NCBI GenBank assembly: GCA_963740085.1
Contig: CAVUCU010000007.1
Span: 96,001-160,000 of the forward strand
Source: Nitrospirota bacterium
Lineage (GTDB): Bacteria; Nitrospirota; UBA9217
DNA length: 64,000 bases
Direction of reading: 5' to 3'
Within the stretch, counting starts at the first letter, position 1. Each line of letters starts with the position of its first letter. Shown here piece by piece: positions 1 through 10,955 of the stretch. The notes below the pieces were generated by a model that was not told where the DNA came from, searched no databases, and saw only the letters and a program-made list of their open reading frames with translations. The position numbers and the translations under genes were made by a program.

Positions 1-452
1 ATAATGAGCGCCAGGCTGAAACCGAGACCCGATCCCAGACCGAGCGCCATGCTCTCGAAAAATCCGTAATTTTCATCCGCGTTGATGAGCGGCACTGCCA
101 GGATGACACAGTTCGTGACGATCAACGCAAGGTAGATACCCAGTTTATAGTATAACGCGGGAGCTATCTTTTTCATCACCGTATCAGCGGCCTGCACGAA
201 GGCGGCGACCGTTCCGATGAAAATGACGATCTTTAAAAACCCGAGATGATAGGGGATCATAACATAGGTATAAATAATCCAGTTCAGGGCAGCGGAAACG
301 AGCATGACGGCTGTAAAGGTAAAGCTCATGCCGATGGCGGTTTCCATCTTCTTGGTCACACCGAAAAAGATGCAGAGGCCAAGGTAACGGGAGAAAACGA
401 AGTTATTGATAAGCGCCGACGCTATGAATATTGTCAGGACATGCTGCAACAT
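1..452 (-). CDS. rnfA: Rnf electron transport complex subunit A (partial, runs off window start)
   Basis: Manual translation from ATG at 452 (GGAGG RBS) gives MLQHVLTIFIASALINNFVFSRYLGLCIFFGVTKK; follows rnfE. Confidence 0.92.
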   Translation of the reverse strand, partial: MLQHVLTIFIASALINNFVFSRYLGLCIFFGVTKKMETAIGMSFTFTAVMLVSAALNWIIYTYVMIPYHLGFLKIVIFIGTVAAFVQAADTVMKKIAPALYYKLGIYLALIVTNCVILAVPLINADENYGFFESMALGLGSGLGFSLALI

Positions 453-538
453 GATAACCTCCGGTTATAGTCTATAAAGTTCATAGAGTCTCTTTTGAGT
501 TCATAAAGTGAAGCCTCTATAATAGACTCAATGGACTC

Positions 539-1186
539 TTAATGATGTCCGCCGCCACCGCCACCGCTGCCTCCGAAGAACTTCCGGTCTATCCAGTTCA
601 GCCAGCCCATCATGAGACCCATGGCGAAGAAACCGCCTGTCGGCATGATCATGATAAGAAGCGGTTTGATCGCCTTTCCATCGGAAACCAGTATCTGATT
701 CCCCCAGAGAGACCCTTTTCCCAGAAATTCCCGGAAAATTCCGAGGAGCACGAGCGCAAGCAGAAAACCCAGTCCCATTCCGACCCCGTCAATAAAGGAT
801 GGCAGGACCTTGTTCTTGCTCGCGAACATCTCCGCCCGGGAAAGAATTATGGCAAAGGCAACAATGAGCATGATATAGAGGCCCATTTGCTTGTAAACCG
901 CCCTCTGGTAGGCCGCCATCAACTGATCGATCACAGTGACCCACGTGGCGGTGATGAACACATAGGAGGGAATCCGGACTTTCGGACTGATAAAGTTCCG
1001 CAGCAGGGAAACCGTTACGTTCGTCATGGTCATGACGAATAAAACCGCAACCCCCATCAAGAACCCGTTTTTTACACCACTCGTAACAGCCACGGCCGGG
1101 CAGAGAGAAAGTGCAAGCCTGAAGACCGGGTTTTCGCCGAAGATGCCGTTCTTGAATAGTGCCCAGTAACTAACGTTGTCGCTCAT
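539..1186 (-). CDS. rnfE: Rnf complex subunit E
   Basis: ENPVFRLALSLCPAVAVT motif, multi-TM protein, operon position. Confidence 0.93.
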   Translation of the reverse strand: MSDNVSYWALFKNGIFGENPVFRLALSLCPAVAVTSGVKNGFLMGVAVLFVMTMTNVTVSLLRNFISPKVRIPSYVFITATWVTVIDQLMAAYQRAVYKQMGLYIMLIVAFAIILSRAEMFASKNKVLPSFIDGVGMGLGFLLALVLLGIFREFLGKGSLWGNQILVSDGKAIKPLLIMIMPTGGFFAMGLMMGWLNWIDRKFFGGSGGGGGGHH

Positions 1187-1770
1187 TTTGTCACCTCTTG
1201 CACCGCCGATTTGATGCCCACTCCGTATTTATCGATGAGCACCTGCGCTGCGTCCTTAACGCCTTTCGTCACTCCTCGGCTCGAATAGGTGGCGCCGGAC
1301 ACGGCCTGGATGTTTTCTTTTGTCTCCACCTTCACCAGTTTGATCTGTTCAAGGGACTTTCCCTTGAACTGGTCAAGAAAGCTCCTGTCCTCTACCTGAT
1401 CCCCGAGACCGGGGGTCTCTTCATGGCCGAGGATCTTGACATCTCTGATCTTAAAATCAGGACCGAGAGAGACGAGCAACTTGATGAAGCTTGAATATCC
1501 CTTGCCCGCGGAGCTCGCGATATACGCTACCGGTTTCCCGCTGGAGGTTGCCACAAAATATTCATAGGGTTTATTATCAGCGGACCAGTCTCCCGCGACT
1601 TTAATGGGGTCAGTTGCATCAGGCGCCATCTCTTTCAGGGCCTCTTCCTTCTCCTTCTTTTCTGCCTGGAACCGCACGGGATAGGCAAATTTGTAAGTAA
1701 GCCCCATGATCAATCCCGCAACGACGAAGATCGCGACCAGGCTCAGGGTTATTTTCAGCAAATCTTTCAT
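1183..1770 (-). CDS. rnfG: Rnf complex subunit G (FMN-binding)
   Basis: N-terminal TM, HEETPGLG, SGAT FMN-attachment motif. Confidence 0.93.
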   Translation of the reverse strand: MKDLLKITLSLVAIFVVAGLIMGLTYKFAYPVRFQAEKKEKEEALKEMAPDATDPIKVAGDWSADNKPYEYFVATSSGKPVAYIASSAGKGYSSFIKLLVSLGPDFKIRDVKILGHEETPGLGDQVEDRSFLDQFKGKSLEQIKLVKVETKENIQAVSGATYSSRGVTKGVKDAAQVLIDKYGVGIKSAVQEVTK

Positions 1771-2822
1771 TTCTTTACCCCCTTGGCCTCTGCCTTGCCG
1801 AAGACGCTGCTCCTCATACCCCGGTCAAGGAGCGGTGCAAAGCAGTTCATAAGCAGGATCGCGAACATTACTCCTTCAGGATACCCGCCCTTGAGGCGGA
1901 TGAGCACCGTAAGAACGCCGCACAATGCGCCGAATACGATCTGTGCGCTGCGGACCGAGGGGCCGGTCACATAATCAGTGGCCATGAAGAACGCGCCGAG
2001 GACAAGTCCGCCGGACATCATATGGAAAAGGGCGTCGCCAGTCATAAGCCCTTCCTTACCGCCGAAGACCCAGGCAAGCATGCCAACCGTCGCAATGAAC
2101 GTGATCGGAATATGCCACGTGATATACCGCTTCATCATGAGGAACGCGGCGCCGAGCAGCAGCGCGATCACCGACGTTTCGCCGAGAGACCCTGCCCGGT
2201 TGCCAAGGAAAAGGTCCTGATACAAGGCAGCCTTGGTATGATAGATCTCAAGCAGCCTCGACATCCCCTCCTCTTTCAGGAGAACGAGCGGCGTTGCAGT
2301 GGTCTTGGCATCAACAGCCATGAAGGTGGTTGTCGGCGCAACGTATGTGGTCATGATCTTCGCGAAGCTGACCAGGACAAAAGCACGTCCGATGAGCGCT
2401 GGGTTGAAGATATTGAAGCCGAGACCTCCGAAAAGATGCTTGGCGATCATGATGGCCACGAAAGACCCGATGAATGGTATATAGAGTGGTGCATTAGCGG
2501 GGAGGTTCATGGCCAGGAGCAATCCTGTCAGGAACGCACTCCCATCGGAGAGTGTAACAGGCTTCTTAAGTAGCCTCTGCATCCCCGCCTCGGTCAGGAG
2601 TGAAGTCACGATGCAGACGAGAATAACCTGGATGGCAGGCATTCCAAAATAGTAGACCGACATGAGCGTGGCCGGAAGAAGTGCTCCGCTCACGGTCCAC
2701 ATGATCTTCGCCGTGGTCTCTTCATCGTGCACATGGGGCCCGATTGAGACGATCAATTTATGTTGTTCCCTGGGTTGTTGTTTGGGTTGTTCTTTGGGTT
2801 GTTCCTTCGCGGATGCTTCCAT
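1767..2822 (-). CDS. rnfD: Rnf complex subunit D
   Basis: FGGLGFNIFNPA, TTATPL (FMN Thr), GSLGETS, FFMATDYVT. Confidence 0.95.
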   Translation of the reverse strand: MEASAKEQPKEQPKQQPREQHKLIVSIGPHVHDEETTAKIMWTVSGALLPATLMSVYYFGMPAIQVILVCIVTSLLTEAGMQRLLKKPVTLSDGSAFLTGLLLAMNLPANAPLYIPFIGSFVAIMIAKHLFGGLGFNIFNPALIGRAFVLVSFAKIMTTYVAPTTTFMAVDAKTTATPLVLLKEEGMSRLLEIYHTKAALYQDLFLGNRAGSLGETSVIALLLGAAFLMMKRYITWHIPITFIATVGMLAWVFGGKEGLMTGDALFHMMSGGLVLGAFFMATDYVTGPSVRSAQIVFGALCGVLTVLIRLKGGYPEGVMFAILLMNCFAPLLDRGMRSSVFGKAEAKGVKK

Positions 2823-2892
2823 TATTATCTATACCTCATTCGGCCAGGATATTTGTATTGATTACTCCAAACTCCGAGCAGTGGACTCCGAA

Positions 2893-4227
2893 CTAATTCT
2901 TTTTCTTCGCCAGTTCCTTTTTCGCCTTCTTCACCCACTGGACTATGGGCCGGTTGGCCGGGCAGACGAATGTGCAGGAACCGCACTCAAAGCAGTCCAT
3001 CAGGTTATAGTCCTTTGCGTCCAGATAATGCCCCTTCTCAATATAGAGCCCAAGAAGAGACGGCTGAAGCTTCATGGGGCAGGCATCAATACACCGTCCG
3101 CAGCGAATGCAGGGTCCGTAGGATTTTACGCCTACTTCGGCTTTCGGGAGGACCGTAATGCCGGAGGTACCTTTGATCACGGGCACATCAAGCGTGTACT
3201 GGCTCATCCCCATCATGGGGCCGCCTGAGATCACCTTAGCCGCCTCGTCAGTAAGGCCGCCCGCCTCTTCTATAAGCTGGGAGAACTGCGTACCGATCCT
3301 GACAAGCAGGTTCTTCGGGTCTTTCACGCCCCTGCCGGTCACGGTAACGTATCGCTCGATGAGCGGCCTGCCGTAGCGCACCGCATTGTAAATCGCGTCG
3401 GCAGTGCCCACGTTCTGCACCACCACGCCCACATCCATGGGCAGGCTGCCTGCAGGGACCGTCCTGCCCGCGATCGCTTTAATGAGCATTTTCTCAGCTC
3501 CCTGCGGGTACTTTACCTTGACGGGCCAAACCTTTATTTCCGGTGAACCTGCAGCAGCCCTGGTCATGGTTTCAATCGCATCCGGCTTGTTTGCCTCGAT
3601 ACCGACATATCCCCTGCTGACATTCAGGATCCGCATGAGGATCTTGAGACCCTCAATGATCTCCTTTGGTCTTTCGAGCATGAGCCGGTGGTCGGAGGTC
3701 AGAAAGGGCTCGCACTCGGCGCCATTCAGGATCACCACGTCGATCGGTTTCTCTTTGGGAGGAGAAAGCTTCACGTGTGTAGGGAAGGTAGCCCCGCCCA
3801 TTCCAACGATACCGGCATCCAATACAAGTTTCTTGAGCTCGTCAGGGCTTAATACGTTGAAGTCAGGCGTTTCCTTGAGGCCGGCTATCCACTCATCCTT
3901 GCCGTCACTCTCGATAATGATAGACGGCATGTCCGAACCGAGGATGTGCGGGAAATTGCCGATGGCCGTTACCTTGCCGGAGATCGAGGCATGGACGGGT
4001 GCCGAGACAAAACCGGTGGTTTCGCCGATCTTTTCTCCTTTTTTTACTTCCTGTCCAATGACGACGAGGGGCTTGGTGGGAGCGCCAATATGCTGGCTCA
4101 GGGGAATTATCACGCGTTTGGGAATTGCGGCGGCAATGGTCGGTTTGTGTGATGTGAGATGCTTGTTATCAGCAGGATGCACGCCTCCGCTGAATGTATC
4201 GTGCGCATTTACTTTCGTAGCTTCCAT
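2893..4227 (-). CDS. rnfC: Rnf complex subunit C
   Basis: GIVGMGGATFPT, NGAECEP, two CxxCxxC 4Fe-4S motifs. Confidence 0.95.
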   Translation of the reverse strand: MEATKVNAHDTFSGGVHPADNKHLTSHKPTIAAAIPKRVIIPLSQHIGAPTKPLVVIGQEVKKGEKIGETTGFVSAPVHASISGKVTAIGNFPHILGSDMPSIIIESDGKDEWIAGLKETPDFNVLSPDELKKLVLDAGIVGMGGATFPTHVKLSPPKEKPIDVVILNGAECEPFLTSDHRLMLERPKEIIEGLKILMRILNVSRGYVGIEANKPDAIETMTRAAAGSPEIKVWPVKVKYPQGAEKMLIKAIAGRTVPAGSLPMDVGVVVQNVGTADAIYNAVRYGRPLIERYVTVTGRGVKDPKNLLVRIGTQFSQLIEEAGGLTDEAAKVISGGPMMGMSQYTLDVPVIKGTSGITVLPKAEVGVKSYGPCIRCGRCIDACPMKLQPSLLGLYIEKGHYLDAKDYNLMDCFECGSCTFVCPANRPIVQWVKKAKKELAKKKN

Positions 4228-4311
4228 TCTGTCTCACCTGCCATCTGTTATAACATTGAGATTACCGCATGCGAAATTACTGATTGAGAACTTCTACGAA
4301 AAGCCGTGGAG

Positions 4312-4340
4312 TTTATAACAGAATGGGGTCCAAGTGTCAA
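4312..4340 (-). promoter_or_regulatory. sigma70-type promoter for the rnf operon
   Basis: Minus strand reads TTGACA-N17-TATAAA upstream of rnfC. Confidence 0.6.
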
Positions 4341-4862
4341 GCGATTTTTGTCAACGGCCAGATACAAAACAATAGCGTTTCATTTCGTAACATCAATGGC
4401 GTTTATCACATACGCACGGTCATCTTTTAAGTTGGCGACGAACCCAACAAACGAATAAGCATTTGGAAGAGACAAGATCGTGTGAAGGGAATAGAAAAAA
4501 TAGCGCGCCGATGTTGTACCAGGCTCCCGCCCCACGACGATGATCGGGAACACCTTCGTGACTTGAAGAGGGGTGATATTCGATGCCGAAACTGGTTTCC
4601 CGATATTCAAAGCGAATTTGAGGAGGCCGTGTAACAGATGTCCTGGGGTACCTCGTTTATCAGATGTTGCCCGAACGAACCCGCAACCCTTCAACAAGCA
4701 CAGGCCGAACGACACCATGATCATCATTAGTATTTCAATATTTTTATGTTCATGACTGAGTGCCTCGGCAGACCGTCCCGAACCGGCCAAGAGATCTCGG
4801 GACAGGCTTGTCGAACCACGGAATTGACTTGAGCAATGGCGGTCACTTTGTCAACACATCAC

Positions 4863-5090
4863 TTATGCTACCTGAACGACTTCCTTTATCTCGGGGAACT
4901 GCTCCTTCAAGTGTTTCTCCACGCCCATTTTGAGGGTCATTGTGGACATCGGACAGGACCCGCAGGCACCTTTGAGCCGAACCTTTACCGTACCATTCTC
5001 TTCAACACTGACAAGTTCAATGTCACCACCGTCACGCTGGAGTGCCGGTCTGACCTGCTTGAGGGCTTCCTCAACTTTTTCTTTGTTCAT
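4863..5090 (-). CDS. NifU C-terminal (Nfu-type) Fe-S carrier
   Basis: [15 protein letters not shown] and GACGSC motifs. Confidence 0.93.
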   Translation of the reverse strand: MNKEKVEEALKQVRPALQRDGGDIELVSVEENGTVKVRLKGACGSCPMSTMTLKMGVEKHLKEQFPEIKEVVQVA

Positions 5091-5478
5091 GATTTGTTCT
5101 CCTTTAATTAATCCTCTGATTAATCCTCATTTTCTTCACCCATATGTTATAGTATACACCATCTGACCCCTTATTTTAATAGAATTTCTGTAAATACGCT
5201 GATCTCCATACGAAATCATCAAAAAATAGTATTGCAGAGCGGTGATGATCATCGTCGTATAATAATATAGACATAATTACGCATCTATGGTATCATTTTT
5301 CACATAAAAAAGAATGATACGCGGCGACTCGACCACAAGACCATGCCGGATTCGTAAATAATGAATGTGCAGTTCTTTTTAGTTAGTTATAATTACTTCC
5401 AAAAAATAATAGGTACTCGGCTTATTGTTGTTTTCCCTATGATACCAGCAGTTCGTTAATCATTGGATATGTAAGGAT

Positions 5479-5811
5479 ATGAAAACAAACATAACAGAAA
5501 AAGCATTATACGAGATGCAGGCTGAGATCTGCAAAACCCTTACCAACCCCAAGAGAATCGAGATCCTGAACACTCTTAAATCCGAAGAGAAGACGGTCAC
5601 TGAACTGGTGGCTGCCCTTGGTGCATCAAAGGCGAATGTCTCCCAGCATCTCGCAGTGATGCGGCGCTCGGGAATTCTGGGCTCACGACGGGAAGGAGTC
5701 AATATATACTATCGGGTGTCAAACCCAAAGGTCATTGATGCATGCGCGTTAATGAAAGAAGTGCTGTTTGAGCAACAGTCGGTCAGGAAAAAAGCAATGA
5801 CGGGGGTATAA
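5479..5811 (+). CDS. ArsR/SmtB family transcriptional regulator
   Basis: NPKRIEIL...SKANVSQHLAVMR winged HTH. Confidence 0.92.
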   Translation: MKTNITEKALYEMQAEICKTLTNPKRIEILNTLKSEEKTVTELVAALGASKANVSQHLAVMRRSGILGSRREGVNIYYRVSNPKVIDACALMKEVLFEQQSVRKKAMTGV

Positions 5812-6047
5812 CGTACTGACATCCTTGTCATAAGCTTTGTATATCCTGTCGTGAACAAAAGATTCAATCTGAGCCAAGACACAAGTGACCGACAACGCAG
5901 CGGTCAAAGCAATTTTCGTCAGAGATAGTTCCTCTGCAACGCAAATTCTTCCCCTTTTTTCCTCATTCTTCCCCGTGGACGCAATATCGGCATACCAGCA
6001 GGGTTCCTGAGCGGTGGCCCCGTTTGGTGAATTGCTGAATTGAACGT

Positions 6048-6083
6048 AAAAACCCCGAAGATGGGGGCCCTTCGGGGTTTTTA
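6048..6083. terminator. Bidirectional intrinsic terminator
   Basis: AAAAACCCCGAAG...CTTCGGGGTTTTT hairpin between convergent arsR and csp. Confidence 0.8.
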
Positions 6084-6123
6084 CTCACACGGGACTGTCC
6101 GCGAGTTAAACAACGCATGGTTG

Positions 6124-6330
6124 TTAGGAAGCTTTCAGTACATTTGATGCCTGGGGACCCTTATCCCCCAGAATAATTTCGAACTCAACAGGCTGTCCCT
6201 CGGAGAGCGTCTTGTATCCTTCACCCTGGATTGCCGAGTAGTGCACGAACACATCTCGTCCGCCTCCATCCAGTTCGATAAAGCCGTATCCTTTCGACTC
6301 ATTGAACCACTTCACTTTTCCTGTCGACAT
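6124..6330 (-). CDS. Cold-shock protein (CspA family)
   Basis: [18 protein letters not shown]...VFVHYSAI (RNP1/RNP2); start moved to ATG 6330. Confidence 0.95.
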   Translation of the reverse strand: MSTGKVKWFNESKGYGFIELDGGGRDVFVHYSAIQGEGYKTLSEGQPVEFEIILGDKGPQASNVLKAS

Positions 6331-6518
6331 ATTGCCTGCTCCCTCCTTAGCTTGTTTCCGTTGTTGAAAATCCGAGAATCTTGAATACGAGCCAACGAAA
6401 CACGTTTTAAATACAAAGGGAAAAGCTTTAACCGACCCCCCACGCTCTTCCCCCCGGCCAACCAAGGATATGTATAAGGCATGAATAACAACAAGCAAGG
6501 TGTTCGCGATGCAACTTT

Positions 6519-7454
6519 TTAATTCATGTATCTCATCGGGTTCACCGGCAGTCCATTCAAACGCACTTCGTAATGGAGGTGAGGGCCCGTGCTCGAACCG
6601 GAATCGCCCAGGTAGGAGATCACATCGCCGCGCTTGACCCGTTGTCCTGCTTTGACGTTCAACCGTGAATTGTGGGCAAAAATCGTTTTAATGCCGTATC
6701 CGTGGCTGATCTCAACCATATTACCATAGCCAGTATTGAAACCCGCCATGATCACCACGCCATCTGCCGGCGCCACGACCGGCGTCCCGGTCTGGGCCGC
6801 GATATCGATGCCTTCATGGAACTTCAGGATGCCGCTGAACGGCGAGGTCCGGTTCCCGAAGGGCGAGGTGACCCAGCCGCGGACCGGCCATACCGAGGGT
6901 GTTGATGCATACAGGGAACGTTTGTCCTCAAAATACTCAATCAGCAACTGAAGACTGGCCTCTTGCCGTGACGCAGCGCCCTTCAACTGGCTCAACTCCT
7001 GGTGCATCTCTTTCAGGGCTTCTTCCTGTTTTTTCTCACCCAGGGTGGTAAGGTTCTGAAGACCGAGTTCATCAGGTCCTCCGATGCCGAGTACCTGTTG
7101 AGCCTTGTCCCGGGGGCCGAGGCTCACGACACGCCGCAACTTGGTATCAAGGTCGCGCAGCAGGAACATTTGACGTTTATAATCCAGCAGGTTAAGCGCA
7201 AAACTCTGCACCTGCGCCTTTTGCTGCATCAGTTCTTCGCGCACCGACTGCAATTCCCAGACCTTGTCTTTTACATCGTTATATTCGTAGACCAGATAGA
7301 GGGAAAGGACGAGCACAGCCACAAACGAAAGGAAAACAGACTTAAGAGCGGATTTTGAAATACTCAGTGTTCTAACCCGAGAGTTGGGACCGGGCAGGAA
7401 CATAAGGGTGAAATACTCTTTTTTCCTAATCTTTCTTGGATTCTTCGATCTCAT
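6519..7454 (-). CDS. M23 family metallopeptidase (TM, coiled coil, LytM domain)
   Basis: HEGIDIA and [10 protein letters not shown] motifs. Confidence 0.92.
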   Translation of the reverse strand: MRSKNPRKIRKKEYFTLMFLPGPNSRVRTLSISKSALKSVFLSFVAVLVLSLYLVYEYNDVKDKVWELQSVREELMQQKAQVQSFALNLLDYKRQMFLLRDLDTKLRRVVSLGPRDKAQQVLGIGGPDELGLQNLTTLGEKKQEEALKEMHQELSQLKGAASRQEASLQLLIEYFEDKRSLYASTPSVWPVRGWVTSPFGNRTSPFSGILKFHEGIDIAAQTGTPVVAPADGVVIMAGFNTGYGNMVEISHGYGIKTIFAHNSRLNVKAGQRVKRGDVISYLGDSGSSTGPHLHYEVRLNGLPVNPMRYMN

Positions 7455-7488
7455 CAAACCCCCGATAGTGTGCATAACTGCTTGTCAA

Positions 7489-7517
7489 AGTCTACACAAA
7501 GTGATAGTAATTGTCAA
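7489..7517 (-). promoter_or_regulatory. sigma70-type promoter for the M23 peptidase gene
   Basis: Minus strand reads TTGACA-N17-TAGACT. Confidence 0.5.
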
Positions 7518-7595
7518 GCATTTATTCGTCTGGTTTTTTTTAAAAAATATTATAATAACAATGTGTTAAGTGCTATTTGTGACGTGGACCACATA

Positions 7596-8279
7596 TTAAA
7601 TATCTGAGATTTTCACACGCTTGCGACACTGCCGGTGAATCGGACAACCGCTGCAGAGGGGCCTCACTTTTTTGCAATGCTCTTTTCCGATTCGTACAAT
7701 AAGTGCATGATATTCATTGTAAAAACTGGCGTTATGGGTCAGGTTGTCCATGAAAAGTCCCTGCATCGCCTGGTAATCTGCATTACCCGTAATCAACCCC
7801 TGCCTGCTGAAGATGCGCTTGGTATAAGCGTCAACCACAAAGAACGGCTTTCCTCCGGCATACAGCAGGATCGAGTCGGCCGTTTCGGGACCAATGCCGT
7901 TTATTTCGAGCAACTGTTGACGCAACCATACCGGATCCGTTGCGAACATTCTTGTAAGATTATTGGAATACCGGGTGTGGATAAACATTAGCAGGTGCCG
8001 AAGACGCTTTGCCTTGATATTGAAATAACCACTTGGCCGTATGAGCAAAGCCAGTTTTCCCGGATCTACGTTGATCAGGCGATTGAAAGTCAGGACCCGT
8101 TCCCGCTTGAGGTTGGCAATGGCTTTTTCCACATTCGCCCATGAGGTGTTCTGCGTCAGTACCGCGCCCACCATCACCTCAAAGGGGGTATCGCCGGGCC
8201 ACCAATGCTGGGGACCGTAAGCCTGAAAAAGCAAACGGTAAATGTACGTTAATTGTTTTCTAATCTCTTTATCAAACAT
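7596..8279 (-). CDS. Endonuclease III-related HhH-GPD glycosylase
   Basis: WWPGDTPFEV, GIGPETADSILLY, C-terminal CxxxxxxCxxCxxxxxC Fe-S motif. Confidence 0.88.
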   Translation of the reverse strand: MFDKEIRKQLTYIYRLLFQAYGPQHWWPGDTPFEVMVGAVLTQNTSWANVEKAIANLKRERVLTFNRLINVDPGKLALLIRPSGYFNIKAKRLRHLLMFIHTRYSNNLTRMFATDPVWLRQQLLEINGIGPETADSILLYAGGKPFFVVDAYTKRIFSRQGLITGNADYQAMQGLFMDNLTHNASFYNEYHALIVRIGKEHCKKVRPLCSGCPIHRQCRKRVKISDI

Positions 8280-8515
8280 CCTGAACCTGAAACAGGAAAG
8301 ACCAAGACAAAATCTTTGACAAGGAGAATGGCGGATTAACAACCTGGAAGATCGCGATTTTTATAATCAGCGCAAATCTGCTGTAAAGAAGTTGACTATT
8401 TTCTTTACTCGTCTTTCCTTGTTACTTTGATTCTTGATCGCAAATGTCGGATTGGTTTTTCCCGTCTATCTCATTTTTAATTCTGCATTCTCCATTTCGT
8501 AATCCATACTTGGAT

Positions 8516-8836
8516 TTACTCCTTGGTCGCTTCCTGCATCCAGTCCAAGTACTCCCGCGAACCCGCGACGATCGGGAGCGCAATCACCTCCGGCACACTA
8601 TACGAGTGGAGCGATTTCACCTGAGCAACAAGTTGCTCCATATGCGTCAGCCTGCTCTTGCAGATGAGCAGGGTCTCCCGCTCATCGCGCCTCTTGCCCT
8701 CCCAGAAGAACAGGGAGCGCACCTCTGGCACGATGTTCACGCAAGCCGCAAGATGCCCGTCCACCAGCGCAGTCCCAATCTTGGCCGCTTCATCCCTGGT
8801 CGATGTCGTTATCAGCACAATGATTTCGTCTCCCAC
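8516..8836 (-). CDS. cutA: Divalent-cation tolerance protein CutA
   Basis: LAACVNIVP and HSYSVPEVIALPI; GTG start with GGAGG RBS. Confidence 0.93.
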   Translation of the reverse strand: MGDEIIVLITTSTRDEAAKIGTALVDGHLAACVNIVPEVRSLFFWEGKRRDERETLLICKSRLTHMEQLVAQVKSLHSYSVPEVIALPIVAGSREYLDWMQEATKE

Positions 8837-8855
8837 GCTATCATCCTCCAGGTCC

Positions 8856-10886
8856 TTATTTCGTTCCCCTGCTGCCAAGGCCTTTTAAGTCTATCATGGC
8901 TTTGTAGCGGTATTCCCCCGGCGTGACCGTATACGTCACGCTTAATCCCCAGCATTGTGATGTATAGTGCAGGAGATACTCCTCCTGTGTGGTCTTCTTG
9001 TTCAGCATATCGCGCCCCACCTGCGCGCGAAGGTCCCACTTGCTGAACTTTAATTCTCCCCCGCTGATCAGGTATTCCGCCCCTCCCTGTAAAAAAGAGT
9101 GCGTGAGATTCAGCGATACCACGCTTCCGGTAAAACCCACACTTTCGGAATGAGAAGACACGACGCGGTCATAGGCATTATAACTTCCGGTCGCTGACAT
9201 GCTGAACGTCTTGGGCGTTCGCAGATAAAGTTCTCCGAGCACCTCTGAACCCGGATGGGCTGGACTCCCGTGCTCCCGCGCTACGGAAAAGTCATAGGAC
9301 CGGGAGAGCCTGAAAACCATTAGGTCAAAGGTCGTATAATTAGGGGCATCCTTCGATTCTTTATAGTGTGCAGTCACTCGATTGATAAGTGAGATACTTG
9401 CAAGATTTTGCTCGGGAACGAAGTCCACTGAATCGAATTGAGGCAGGTTCCCCTGCTCCACATGGGGAACATAATTATATGATATCGTCGGTTCTAGTGA
9501 ATGCCTCACTTTTCCGATCCCGACCGCCCCATCGCTGCCATACACCCGGGAAACACGGGCATTCACATCAGTCCCCGCATAAAAATATTTTCGCTCCGTC
9601 GGTTCCACGGTCGTGGCGCTTCGATCATAAAACGTGGCCCGCACGCCGGCGTTCGGAGTAATACTCAGGCCGTTACTGCCGAACGTTGCAATCAACCGCG
9701 GGTTGAAGTCCGCGCGCCGCGCACCGCCATCTTCCTGTTTCGTAAAATTCGCCGCAGACCCCTCAAAGTTCAGGTGAAGGGGGCCGGCAAGCGTTTCATC
9801 GTAGATCGTATAGCGCAGTTCAGGCAGTTTTTGAACCGTCTTTTCGTTGGTCCGGGTGAGGTCGATCGAATATTGTCCCAGCAGATAGAGTGAAGCGGTG
9901 TTCCAGCGTTCCACGTAGAAAGCATTCGAGTCGAGATATGGTTTAGACCTGTTATCAAGCTTCTTATCGAGGTCGTAAAAGTAGTGCTCATCGCTCACCA
10001 GGTTGATGTCCGCACGGCCGGAGAGGTCATCGGCAAACTCCTCCTGGTGCTGGAGCACAAAATTCCACCTCGATTCGCCGGTATGATACTGGTCGAAAAA
10101 CTTGTAATACAGATTGCCCCTGGACTCCTGGGAATTCATATAGCGGTATTCTACAGCGGTCCCATGCCCGGTGCGCGCCCGGTAATCCGAATAGATGGTC
10201 ATATCTTTGTAATCCGAGATGGCCCAGAAGAACGCATTATCCGTGAAAACACCATCGCGGCTGCTGTACCCGACATCCTCCGGCAACAGAAATCCGGTCT
10301 GCCTGCGCACGGGAAAGAGAAAGTAGGGCGTGTAAAGCACCGGCAGACCTGCCACATTGAACGATATACTCCTGCCGGTGGCATACCGCTGCATGTCGAT
10401 GTTCAGCACATCCGCCTTCAGAAACCATTCTCCCTCATCGCAGGTGGTGATAGTGCCCTTCTCAACATGGTAGACGTTCTCAGAGTGCCGTTCGATCAGG
10501 TTTCCCTTCACGTGGAGATTATCCTTCTTGATAAAGATATCGCCGTTCGAGATAATTCCATCCCGGGTATTGATATTGACCTTCATTTTCTCGGCGTGCA
10601 TGATATCGCCCTTGTCCTGCAGGAACACCTTTCCTTCGGCCACGGCCTCTCCGGTCTTGTTGTCAAGTATTACCTTTTCGGCCTCAAGCCGCAGCCCCTC
10701 CTGCTCGATCTTCACGTGTCCGATCGCAATATACCGGTCATTGGTCCTGTCATAATCAAGAGTGTCCGCCGTCACCGTAACCGGGATTTTCTTCGGGAAT
10801 ACCTCGCTCCAGGCGTGTCGCGTAGGTCCTGCCAGCATCGCGGCGACAAGAAGGATGAGAACTATCGATGCTCTCCCGTGTTTCAT
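8856..10886 (-). CDS. lptD: LPS-assembly protein LptD
   Basis: Signal peptide, OstA-like N-terminus (ADTLDYD), TTC motif, RQTGFLLP, beta-barrel with SQCWG. Confidence 0.85.
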   Translation of the reverse strand: MKHGRASIVLILLVAAMLAGPTRHAWSEVFPKKIPVTVTADTLDYDRTNDRYIAIGHVKIEQEGLRLEAEKVILDNKTGEAVAEGKVFLQDKGDIMHAEKMKVNINTRDGIISNGDIFIKKDNLHVKGNLIERHSENVYHVEKGTITTCDEGEWFLKADVLNIDMQRYATGRSISFNVAGLPVLYTPYFLFPVRRQTGFLLPEDVGYSSRDGVFTDNAFFWAISDYKDMTIYSDYRARTGHGTAVEYRYMNSQESRGNLYYKFFDQYHTGESRWNFVLQHQEEFADDLSGRADINLVSDEHYFYDLDKKLDNRSKPYLDSNAFYVERWNTASLYLLGQYSIDLTRTNEKTVQKLPELRYTIYDETLAGPLHLNFEGSAANFTKQEDGGARRADFNPRLIATFGSNGLSITPNAGVRATFYDRSATTVEPTERKYFYAGTDVNARVSRVYGSDGAVGIGKVRHSLEPTISYNYVPHVEQGNLPQFDSVDFVPEQNLASISLINRVTAHYKESKDAPNYTTFDLMVFRLSRSYDFSVAREHGSPAHPGSEVLGELYLRTPKTFSMSATGSYNAYDRVVSSHSESVGFTGSVVSLNLTHSFLQGGAEYLISGGELKFSKWDLRAQVGRDMLNKKTTQEEYLLHYTSQCWGLSVTYTVTPGEYRYKAMIDLKGLGSRGTK

Positions 10887-10955
10887 AATGATCTTTTCAA
10901 GTCCTGACAATTTATGATCCGAAATCCGGAATCCGAAAGCCGCAATCGACTCACC

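Noticed and set aside
2762-2806. 12-nt tandem repeat
   Set aside because: It encodes the low-complexity EQPK N-terminus of RnfD and is not a separate element
3404-4318. Long antisense ORFs (also 9984-10907, 23848-24921, 26414-27472, 43404-44456, 61734-62957)
   Set aside because: Shadow frames of well-supported genes in GC-rich DNA, with no recognisable motifs
4380-4790. 136-aa minus-strand ORF upstream of rnfC
   Set aside because: It starts inside a REP-like hairpin, has no clear RBS and no recognisable domain; possibly a decayed gene, but not supportable
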